Positions 1-7,470 of a stretch of DNA of 53,231 bases are shown here, piece after piece. The position numbers and the translations under genes are program-made. Below the pieces are notes generated by a model. That model saw only the letters and a list, made by a program, of their open reading frames with translations, was not told the origin of the DNA and did no database searches. Origin of the DNA: a virus (taxonomy: Duplodnaviria > Caudoviricetes). Location of the stretch: IMG/VR virus record IMGVR_UViG_3300039918_000043, positions 1 through 53,231 of that record. One strand, given 5' to 3'. The first letter of the stretch is position 1; each line of letters begins with the position of its first letter.

Positions 1-135
1 ATGATCGACCCACACGACCCCATTCTCGTCCGTCTCCGCTCCAGTAAGCAGACCCTGCGCTGGACCGTGGCCGGCATCGCAGTACTCGCAGCTATCGCCC
101 TCGCCTTTCCGTTCCTGACGGGCGCCTATCACTGA
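1..135 (+). CDS. small membrane protein (44 aa)
   Basis: Read manually: MIDPHDPILVRLRSSKQTLRWTVAGIAVLAAIALAFPFLTGAYH; one hydrophobic segment. Confidence 0.55.
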   Translation: MIDPHDPILVRLRSSKQTLRWTVAGIAVLAAIALAFPFLTGAYH

Positions 136-152
136 CCCACCTGGAGAACACC

Positions 153-410
153 GTGCCGCAAATCACCATGCAAGAAGTCGATTCGTCGCAGATCCACAGC
201 ATCGGCCACGACGCCGCGACCAGCACCCTGGCCATCCGCTTCAAGAGCAAAGCAGGCGCCGGCAGCCTGTACCACTACGCCAACTTCCCGGCCGCCGAGT
301 TCGAGGCATTCAAGAGCGCGGAATCGATCGGCGCCCACTTCGACAAGGTCATCAAGCCGGAAGTGACCAAGTACCCGTTCACCAAGATCGAGCCCGCCAC
401 CGCCGCCTGA
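153..410 (+). CDS. KTSC domain protein
   Basis: VDSSQIHSIGHD...L.IRF...Y.Y..FP...FEAF..AESIG.HF pattern; GGAG RBS. Confidence 0.9.
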   Translation: MPQITMQEVDSSQIHSIGHDAATSTLAIRFKSKAGAGSLYHYANFPAAEFEAFKSAESIGAHFDKVIKPEVTKYPFTKIEPATAA

Positions 411-436
411 TCACCCCACCTACAGGGAGTCTGGAC

Positions 437-517
437 ATGGATGACTTCGTGATGATCTGCGCCGCTGTCATGTTTCTGGCGGTGGTCGGTGTGCCCGTTC
501 TGGGGCTGATGCGATGA
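437..517 (+). CDS. hydrophobic micro-protein (26 aa)
   Basis: GGGAG RBS; MDDFVMICAAVMFLAVVGVPVLGLMR; ATGA overlap with next ORF. Confidence 0.45.
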   Translation: MDDFVMICAAVMFLAVVGVPVLGLMR

Positions 518-618
518 AAGCGTACGTCTGCTGCTATTGCGGCGCGGGCGACCACACCGTCGCCGGCTGTCCGTGGACTAGATTCGCCCGGGTGTCGCTT
601 GCCCGCCCTATCAACTGA
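514..618 (+). CDS. CCHC zinc-knuckle micro-protein (34 aa)
   Basis: MKAYVCCYCGAGDHTVAGCPW fits C-x2-C-x4-H-x4-C; translationally coupled via ATGA. Confidence 0.6.
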   Translation: MKAYVCCYCGAGDHTVAGCPWTRFARVSLARPIN

Positions 619-628
619 CGAGAGCCAC

Positions 629-2506
629 ATGAGCACACAAGACCCGCGCCCCGGCGCATGGATGGAGGGGCAGGCCACGTTTGTGAGCCCTGATGCCGAC
701 GGCACGCTGCAGGAAGTCGTAGCGCGGACCGTCGAAGTAATCGAACGCCAACTGGCGCTGATCGGCGAGCGCGCGCCCGGCGAATACCTGGACAAGCGCC
801 CTGTTGTGCAGTCGCTGCAGGCTCACGTCAGGCGACTGCGTGCCGCCCTCGCCGCCCCCTCGCTCCCAGCGGGGGATGGGCTGACGGTAGCAGACTATCA
901 GGCGGCATTCGAAGACCACCAGCGGATGGTGCGTGAACTGGACGTGCTGCTGAATGGCGATGCTGCCGCGAAGCAAGCAAGTCTCTGCGACATCGTTGCA
1001 CAAGTGCGTAAGGAAGGCATTCGCTCGCACGGCGTCGCGTTGACAGAACAGCAGGCGAAAAACCTGCATAGCCACATGATGGCTGTGGCCTGCCGGACGT
1101 GGGATCAAGCGGAACCAACATCCGTTAAAGCTCGCTTGCGCGCCGTCATGAAGGCGTTGGCTGCCGAACCGAAGATTCGCGCTGACTTGTCCGCCGCCCC
1201 TCGCCGGCCTGGGGAAATGGGCGCGGGGGTGCAGGGTGCTGGAATGCAGTGCGATTGCGATCAGCCAACCAACGTGGTGCATGAGCTCGACTGCCCGGCC
1301 GCGCCACGACAGGCATTCGAAGCGGCCTACTCCCATCTGGACCTGACGAAGCAAATCGATTCGTGGCGCGGGCTGGTCTACAAGCACTCGCACGTGGATG
1401 CGATGTGGGAAGCATGGCAGCGTGCCGCATCGGCGCAGCAGGAAATGGGCGCGGGGGTGCCGGCTAGCGATACGCATGTTCTCATTCCACGAAGCATGCT
1501 TAGTGCGGCTGTGTGTGCCATTGAAAATGGCCAGAAAGCACCTGAGACAGTTGCGGCCATGCGGGATGCATATCTTGCCAATCCAAACCAATCGCAGCCC
1601 GCGAGTGATGAGCGTGCCGGCGAGGCGAACTTTGACGATTACGTGGTAGAGCAGTTTGCCGTGGCAATGAAGCGCAAGCTTGCCGATGCGCGAGCCAAGG
1701 GGCGTAGCGGATGGCAATACTGCACTGAGGGCGATCTGTCACGGATGTTGCGTGAGCACGTCGATAAGGGCGATCCACGTGACGTGGCGAACTTCTGCAT
1801 GTTCCTCTGGTATCACGGTGCCGCCATTGGGACGGGCACGGCAAAACTCGGGGAGTGGCTTGGTGCTCCCACCGCATCGGCGCAGCAGGATGAGCGCGAG
1901 GCGTTTGAGGTGTGGGCGGTGGGGACGGGTCTGGATGTTCTCCGCGCCGCTCAATGGGCCAACACCGACTATCAATCGCTTCCGACAGAGGATGCGTGGC
2001 GAGGCTGGAAAGCACGAGGCCAGCAGGTACAGGCCGATGCGGGGGCGGTGGCGTGGATCGCAGAGCATGAGAACGATGAGCTTGATTTCGTGAACTTTCA
2101 TGAGGAAGTGGCACGACAGCAGGCGGAGGAATCCGGTGCGTTGCGAGTCCGCCCTCTGGTCTACGGCGACGCCAACTCGCGCCCTGTGGCAGAGAGCGAC
2201 AGGAGGGGCGGACTGACGGAATTCGAAGAGAGAATTAAAGCGGCTATTGAGGCAGTTGAGGACCAAGACAACCATGCCGCACTGGCAATACTGCGAACGA
2301 TGCTTGCTCAGCACCTCTCCGACAACACAGAAACTCGGCAGCAGGATGATCGCGCGGCGTTCGAAGTAATTGCCAAAGAGCAATGCTTGCCGTTGTCTCG
2401 TGTCGGCATCACCTACGACGACATTTCGACTCAGGCGGCATGGGCGGTGTATAGAAAAGCTCGCGCCGCCATGTTCCGCGAGCAGTCGGGAGGCGACCGT
2501 GGCTGA
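629..2506 (+). CDS. mosaic multi-module phage accessory protein (Eaa/Ead-like)
   Basis: Long ORF, ATG at 629 preferred; repeated linkers; AMKRKL...GRSGW...GDPRDVANFCMFL helical module. Confidence 0.8.
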   Translation: MSTQDPRPGAWMEGQATFVSPDADGTLQEVVARTVEVIERQLALIGERAPGEYLDKRPVVQSLQAHVRRLRAALAAPSLPAGDGLTVADYQAAFEDHQRMVRELDVLLNGDAAAKQASLCDIVAQVRKEGIRSHGVALTEQQAKNLHSHMMAVACRTWDQAEPTSVKARLRAVMKALAAEPKIRADLSAAPRRPGEMGAGVQGAGMQCDCDQPTNVVHELDCPAAPRQAFEAAYSHLDLTKQIDSWRGLVYKHSHVDAMWEAWQRAASAQQEMGAGVPASDTHVLIPRSMLSAAVCAIENGQKAPETVAAMRDAYLANPNQSQPASDERAGEANFDDYVVEQFAVAMKRKLADARAKGRSGWQYCTEGDLSRMLREHVDKGDPRDVANFCMFLWYHGAAIGTGTAKLGEWLGAPTASAQQDEREAFEVWAVGTGLDVLRAAQWANTDYQSLPTEDAWRGWKARGQQVQADAGAVAWIAEHENDELDFVNFHEEVARQQAEESGALRVRPLVYGDANSRPVAESDRRGGLTEFEERIKAAIEAVEDQDNHAALAILRTMLAQHLSDNTETRQQDDRAAFEVIAKEQCLPLSRVGITYDDISTQAAWAVYRKARAAMFREQSGGDRG

Positions 2507-2744
2507 GAAGACGACTTGGATTCCGGCGCGCATGAAGCCGGTGCGCGAAGGCTGGTACGAGGCGAAAGATAAAGGGACCGGCCACGTATTCGATGTCAGG
2601 TGGAAGACGTTGCAGGACTCTGACAAGCCTAGCTTCTACGTGCACAAGGGACTGTGGGGACCGTTCTCCATGTGGGAAGACGTGACCAATCGAATCTGGC
2701 AATGGCGTGGCCTCTCAGAACGCTCCGCAGGAGAAACAGAATGA
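2499..2744 (+). CDS. hypothetical phage protein
   Basis: GTG after GGAGG; KPVREGWYE...QWRGL motif. Confidence 0.7.
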   Translation: MAEKTTWIPARMKPVREGWYEAKDKGTGHVFDVRWKTLQDSDKPSFYVHKGLWGPFSMWEDVTNRIWQWRGLSERSAGETE

Positions 2745-3685
2745 GCGAGAAGCTGACAACGATGAGCAATCAACTGCGCCGCTTCCTTGATGTGGCGGCA
2801 GGCGAAGGCTACGTGTTCGATGGCGTCGACGCGGCCGATCTCTACGTCGCGTTCTTTGGTGACGGCGTGACACCCCCGCAAATCCGAGAAATGGAGAGCG
2901 CCAGCCAGCCTGGGGACGGGGAGGCGATCCGCGAAGCACTGGCGACCTATGAAACGATGCGAGACGCTGTCGGCGGATGTTCGGACGGCGGATGCATCGT
3001 GAAACGCCCGATTGGCATGCATACGAACGGCGGCTGCAAGTGCCACAAGGACACGATGAAGGCGGCTCGCATGATGTGGGCAGGCCAGCAACTTGCCAAC
3101 GCACTGCGCGCCGCCCCGTCTGCGGGGAATGGCGGGGCGGAGGGGGTGTCAGTCGCCCGTCTGCTGAAGCATGAGGCCACCGCGGCGCCTTCCGATACTG
3201 TCTCTCGACGTGACGTTGATGAGCTTGTTTCGCCTACCGCAGTGCGGGCAAATGAAGTAGATCCCGAAGTCATCAATTCCGGGCTCGACGGCGTCAAAAG
3301 CAATCTCGACGCGGCAGCGGATGCAGATCCACATGGCGGACTCCGGGCTGAAGGTTCAGGCCTTCACGATAGGCAATCGGCAGAGAACAATCCAGCCACC
3401 CATGATGCGGAGAATACGGCCGTAATCACCGCAAATTCTGCGGAGAATAGCCAGCGCGGGAGCCAGATCACGGCCACTTGGTCGCACGACGCCGGCGCCT
3501 ACGCCCGGTGCTCGTACTGCGGACGCTATTCCGATAACCCTCATTCTCTGACTAAGGATAGCTTCCCTTGCGACTGCGGAAAGCTGCACGGCTGGTCGGG
3601 ATCGTTCAAGAAACCTGGTCCAGATGCCAAGTGGAGCGACGCCTATCTGATGCCGCCGAACGGAAAACGGGAGGCTGCCCGATGA
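2741..3685 (+). CDS. mosaic phage protein with C-terminal Cys-rich domain
   Basis: AGGAG RBS, ATGA coupling; GMHTNGGCKC and CSYC...CDCG motifs. Confidence 0.75.
   Translation: MSEKLTTMSNQLRRFLDVAAGEGYVFDGVDAADLYVAFFGDGVTPPQIREMESASQPGDGEAIREALATYETMRDAVGGCSDGGCIVKRPIGMHTNGGCKCHKDTMKAARMMWAGQQLANALRAAPSAGNGGAEGVSVARLLKHEATAAPSDTVSRRDVDELVSPTAVRANEVDPEVINSGLDGVKSNLDAAADADPHGGLRAEGSGLHDRQSAENNPATHDAENTAVITANSAENSQRGSQITATWSHDAGAYARCSYCGRYSDNPHSLTKDSFPCDCGKLHGWSGSFKKPGPDAKWSDAYLMPPNGKREAAR
3149..3334 (-). CDS. nested antisense zinc-ribbon protein (61 aa)
   Basis: CIRC...CPHC; GGAG 6 nt upstream of ATG on the minus strand. Confidence 0.6.
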   Translation of the reverse strand: MWICIRCRVEIAFDAVEPGIDDFGIYFICPHCGRRNKLINVTSRDSIGRRRGGLMLQQTGD

Positions 3686-4290
3686 CTAAAGAGCGCCCTA
3701 TCCTATTCAGCGGCGCCATGGTGCGCGCCATCCTCGATGGCCGGAAGACGCAGACGCGGCGCGTGATGAAGCCGCAGCCCACTATCGATGGCATGTGGCA
3801 CTGCCTACCGAAGTACAGCGCCAGTTCGGAACTGGCCTTCCGCGACGGGGCTCCATATTTCGGCAGTTGCCCCTACGGCCGGCCCGGCGACCGCCTGTGG
3901 GTACGCGAGACCTGGGCCCAGCCCGCCGCGCTCGATCCGGGCCCGACCGTCTACCGCGCCGACTACCCAACCTGCGTGCCCGTCGCCTTCGAGAACATCC
4001 CGCCGGCAGATGCCATCACGTGGAAGCCCAGCATCCATATGCCGCGTGCGCTGTGTCGCCTCGTGCTGGAGGTCACGGGTGTGCGAGTCGAGCGCTTAAA
4101 CGACTGTACCCAGGCCGATGCGATTGCAGAAGGCATCGAACGCGACGGCGACGGGTGGCTCTCGTACGCCGGCGGTTCTTGTGTCGAGTTTCCAACGACC
4201 AGCTACGCGTCGCTGTGGGACAGCATCAACGGCGCGGACGCATGGGATGCCAACCCATGGGTGTGGGTAGTCGAGTTCCGGCGCGTTTAG
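3682..4290 (+). CDS. ASCH-like phage protein
   Basis: ERPILFSGAMVRAILDGRKTQTRR, GDRLWVRETW, WKPSIHMPR, NPWVWVVEF; GGAGG RBS. Confidence 0.85.
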   Translation: MTKERPILFSGAMVRAILDGRKTQTRRVMKPQPTIDGMWHCLPKYSASSELAFRDGAPYFGSCPYGRPGDRLWVRETWAQPAALDPGPTVYRADYPTCVPVAFENIPPADAITWKPSIHMPRALCRLVLEVTGVRVERLNDCTQADAIAEGIERDGDGWLSYAGGSCVEFPTTSYASLWDSINGADAWDANPWVWVVEFRRV

Positions 4291-4326
4291 TCCAAATTAG
4301 TCAAAACCAATAATTTGGCACACGCC

Positions 4327-4515
4327 CTAACCGTTGCCCCGCTCAATCCAATCACTCAGCGCCCTCATCGTCCGGCCATCTAGGGCGGGAGGGCGACGCC
4401 GGATAGTCAGATACGCGAGGGCGCACCCTATTAGGCCGATCGCCAAACCAACGGCCACGCCCGCCGCCACGCAGGCGGATTGATCAAACTTCGTTGGTTT
4501 CGTTTCGTCGTCCAT
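4327..4515 (-). CDS. small single-pass membrane protein
   Basis: GGGAG RBS before MDDETK; TM segment followed by RRR. Confidence 0.55.
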   Translation of the reverse strand: MDDETKPTKFDQSACVAAGVAVGLAIGLIGCALAYLTIRRRPPALDGRTMRALSDWIERGNG

Positions 4516-4676
4516 TGCGGTCTCCCTGCTGTTGGTCAGACGGTGTGGTCTGCACCCCAGTATGGGTGACCATGGCAGTTGATCCAAGGATCGCGCATGC
4601 GCACAGCGTAGGTGCTCGCAGAAAAAGGTACGCTGTATGATGCGAGCTCGCCGAGCCAACAACGAGGAGAATCACC

Positions 4677-4907
4677 ATGGCGTCTTATGACGTACTGAAA
4701 GGAATCGTCAGCAACGGTAGTGACCTGACCTTGACCGACGGGATCAGCTATGAAGTGATCCGCGAACTAGCCGAACTCGCACGCGGCTCAGGCGCGAAAC
4801 TCACAGTCACCACTGACATTTCGTACGATCTGATCCTGGAGCTTTCGCGCACGTACGGCAAGTCGATCGCATTTGTCGACGGACTGTCGAACTTCAGGAA
4901 AGACTGA
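4677..4907 (+). CDS. hypothetical protein with internal repeats
   Basis: GAGGAG RBS; three SY(D/E) repeats. Confidence 0.75.
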   Translation: MASYDVLKGIVSNGSDLTLTDGISYEVIRELAELARGSGAKLTVTTDISYDLILELSRTYGKSIAFVDGLSNFRKD

Positions 4908-4925
4908 GCCCGCGTCGCTACCGAC

Positions 4926-4950
4926 AAAAACGGGGCTTCGGCCCCGTTTC
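4926..4950. terminator. bidirectional hairpin terminator
   Basis: AAAAACGGGGC-TTCG-GCCCCGTTT between convergent genes. Confidence 0.7.
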
Positions 4951-4958
4951 TCATTGCC

Positions 4959-5240
4959 TCAGTGCTCGTCCCGAGTCGAGTCGTCGGCATTGAAGAAGCT
5001 GACGACCGGCACCGCTCGAAGCTGGGGCCTAGCCGCCCTCTCCGCCTGCTCGACCTCGAGCTCGTTGCTCAAATTCTGGGTTAGCGCCGCCCCCACCTGG
5101 CAAAGCCGCTCGACCTCTTGGTCGTCCACCCCAAGCGCCTGCAAGGCGCTAAAGATGCCCGCCACACCCTCCGCGATCTTCCTCGCGCCCTCTAAGCCGG
5201 CCGGCACCGGCGGCGTGCTTCTCTCGTTCATTGCGTTCAC
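4959..5240 (-). CDS. putative SOS-inducible small protein
   Basis: GTG start after GAGGGG; lies downstream of a LexA-box promoter. Confidence 0.65.
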   Translation of the reverse strand: MNAMNERSTPPVPAGLEGARKIAEGVAGIFSALQALGVDDQEVERLCQVGAALTQNLSNELEVEQAERAARPQLRAVPVVSFFNADDSTRDEH

Positions 5241-5322
5241 GTACCCCTCACTTTTCTCGTTTGACCATCCTGCCTGACCGCCGGCGGACCCGCGCAAGTC
5301 CAACCGAACCCCTTTACAACCA

Positions 5323-5338
5323 CTGTATGTTTATACAG
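5323..5338. promoter_or_regulatory. LexA SOS box
   Basis: CTGTATGTTTATACAG matches CTGT-N8-ACAG; overlaps a minus-strand TATACT -10 at 5337-5342. Confidence 0.85.
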
Positions 5339-5391
5339 TATATAGCCAGTGTGGGTGCAGTTGCCACAACCTGCCAATTGGGTTTTTCAAT

Positions 5392-5649
5392 GTGATCCTT
5401 GACACCCATTGCGCGGCATACATTACAGACATGAGGGATGAGATGGTGAACCAGTTTGCGGAGCCGGTGACGACCCGCCCAACCGTAAGCGACGCAGCCA
5501 AGCGCCTACTGGCTGCACTGGACAATTTGACCGCCGGCACTGAGGTGTCAGGCTTCCATGGCTGGGAGAACGGCCGCGGCGAGCCGGCCGGAGACGTCGT
5601 CGAGGAGGCGAGACGGGAATTGGAGGTGCTGTTGCATGCCGCGCCTTAA
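5392..5649 (+). CDS. hypothetical protein (true start probably a downstream ATG)
   Basis: ORF overlaps the next gene. Confidence 0.55.
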   Translation: MILDTHCAAYITDMRDEMVNQFAEPVTTRPTVSDAAKRLLAALDNLTAGTEVSGFHGWENGRGEPAGDVVEEARRELEVLLHAAP

Positions 5650-6028
5650 GCCGAAGCCCCGCCCGCCTGTTCCGGCAGGAGGCTTACCGGTCAGCCCGAT
5701 CAGGCCGGACTACGACCGCTACTACACGCTGGACGAGGATGGCCACCCTGTCCGTTGCTATGACTACACCGAGCATGCCATGTGGCAGTCCTGCGAGGGA
5801 AAGGCCTGGCAGATCAAAGACCGGTTACCGGACTACGCCGTTGACGTGTGGACCTATTTTTCGGGCTGGGCCAGTCTGAAGGACGACAAGCCGCCCATGT
5901 TCTGGACGACAGTCAGCGGGTGCATGACCAAGTGTTTCGAGTCGGAGACGTGGGAAGAGGCGGAGGATAAGCACCGACGGGTGCTGGAGAAAATCCGGGC
6001 GACGTTGCCTAGGAAGGACGGGACGTAG
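5636..6028 (+). CDS. hypothetical protein
   Basis: GGAGG upstream of MPRLKPKP; aromatic-rich globular sequence. Confidence 0.7.
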   Translation: MPRLKPKPRPPVPAGGLPVSPIRPDYDRYYTLDEDGHPVRCYDYTEHAMWQSCEGKAWQIKDRLPDYAVDVWTYFSGWASLKDDKPPMFWTTVSGCMTKCFESETWEEAEDKHRRVLEKIRATLPRKDGT

Positions 6029-6242
6029 AGGAAAAAACGGGCCGGCGCGCGAACGCCGGCCCCAGGCTCCTTTTTTTCACGGGTCCACTCTTGGGAAGTG
6101 AGCTATCAATAACGTCCGTCACCGGAAGAACTTTAGTGCTTCCTCGGCGAGTTCATTCTCGACAACCGTGTCGGACGGCGGCCGATAGAAGCGAATGCCG
6201 AGCCGCGAGCAAACTGTCTCCAGACCACACAAGGAGACAATC

Positions 6243-6461
6243 ATGGCTGCAGACATTCATGTGGTACCGGCTGGAAACGAATGGGCTGTCGAGGTCGCCG
6301 GCGGTGGCGAACGGACCATGTTCTTCACCCAGGAAGAGGCCATCGCCGCGGGCACCGAGCGCGCGAAGCGCGACAAGGTGGAGCTGCTGATCCACGGCCG
6401 CGACGGCCAGATCCGCGAGCGAAACTCCTTCGGCCATGATCCGCGCAACATTAAGGGCTAA
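6243..6461 (+). CDS. DUF2188 family protein
   Basis: AAGGAG RBS; HVVP...W...TQEEAI...ELLIHGRDGQIRERNSFGHDP. Confidence 0.9.
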   Translation: MAADIHVVPAGNEWAVEVAGGGERTMFFTQEEAIAAGTERAKRDKVELLIHGRDGQIRERNSFGHDPRNIKG

Positions 6462-6466
6462 GGCCC

Positions 6467-7114
6467 ATGCCGCTCGCCTCGGCCGCGCTCGACCTAGACT
6501 CGCTCAGACCAATGCTCCTGACGGAGCGAAAAACCGTCCCAAAGGGCGCTGGTTGGCTCGCCGAAATCAAGTTCGACGGATATCGGGCGTTGGCATCGAC
6601 CGGATCGGGCCTGTCTGTGCGAACCAAGAACGGTGCAGATTGCACGGCGTGGTTTCCGGAACTGCGACCGGCGCTGGCAAGCCTGCCCGGCGGCTGCGTC
6701 GTCGACGGCGAAATCTGCGTCCTGGATGATCTCGGCCGCCCCGACTTTGAGCGCGTCCACGCCCGGGCGCGCCATCGCCGCTGGTATGACGGCGCAGACC
6801 CGGTCGTCTATTGCGTCTTTGACCTGCTGGCTCTGCAGGGGCGTGATGTTCGGCAACTGCCAGTCGAGGAGAGAAAGGCCGCGCTGGAGCATTTGCTCAA
6901 TTGGAGCATAGGTAAAGGCAACTCGACGGGGATGCTATATGTTCAGGCGCTTCTCGATCAGGCCGAGTGGCTATACAGCCAAGCACTTTCCCTGCAGCTG
7001 GAGGGCATCGTGTGCAAACGCGCCGGGACTACTTACCAGGACGGCGTCCGCTCATCGGACTGGATCAAGGTCAAGCGCCCAGGCGCTGTGCCGCCAGAGC
7101 GGTTCAAGCGATGA
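6467..7114 (+). CDS. ATP-dependent DNA ligase, adenylation domain only (LigD/LigC-like)
   Basis: Motifs EIKFDGYR, DGEI, FDLL, EGIVCK, WIKVK; ends just after motif V. Confidence 0.9.
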   Translation: MPLASAALDLDSLRPMLLTERKTVPKGAGWLAEIKFDGYRALASTGSGLSVRTKNGADCTAWFPELRPALASLPGGCVVDGEICVLDDLGRPDFERVHARARHRRWYDGADPVVYCVFDLLALQGRDVRQLPVEERKAALEHLLNWSIGKGNSTGMLYVQALLDQAEWLYSQALSLQLEGIVCKRAGTTYQDGVRSSDWIKVKRPGAVPPERFKR

Positions 7115-7210
7115 ACGTCAGACGGACACCTACCTCTCTTGGGGGCTGTGGTTGATACGCCAACCAGTCAGAATTCATCGCGAAGGTAATCCCTTCTGAT
7201 CCCTTCCAAG

Positions 7211-7243
7211 CAGCCACGCAGTCCCTGCCGTGGCTGTTTTTTT
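7211..7243 (+). terminator. intrinsic terminator 1
   Basis: CAGCCACG-N10-CGTGGCTG followed by T7. Confidence 0.75.
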
Positions 7244-7353
7244 ATCTGTGCCGGTCAGATTCACCCGTGACCCGTTCGGGCGATGGCGCACACATCGCGG
7301 ACGTGCCATTCTCTGCCCTGCCGGGAAACCGGCGACTACTTCCAAATCGTTCA

Positions 7354-7386
7354 GCCACGGCCATCGCGCGCCGTGGCATTTTTTTT
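7354..7386 (+). terminator. intrinsic terminator 2
   Basis: GCCACGGC-N8-GCCGTGGC followed by AT8. Confidence 0.75.
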
Positions 7387-7388
7387 CC

Positions 7389-7417
7389 TTGACGCATAGG
7401 GCCATTGGCCCTATTGT
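7389..7417 (+). promoter_or_regulatory. sigma70 promoter with palindromic operator in the spacer
   Basis: TTGACG-17-TATTGT; ATAGGGCCA-T-TGGCCCTAT at 7396-7414. Confidence 0.8.
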
Positions 7418-7470
7418 TGACTCATGCGTAAGCGCACCCCGCGCGGACCTGACTCCAAAAGGAATGAACG

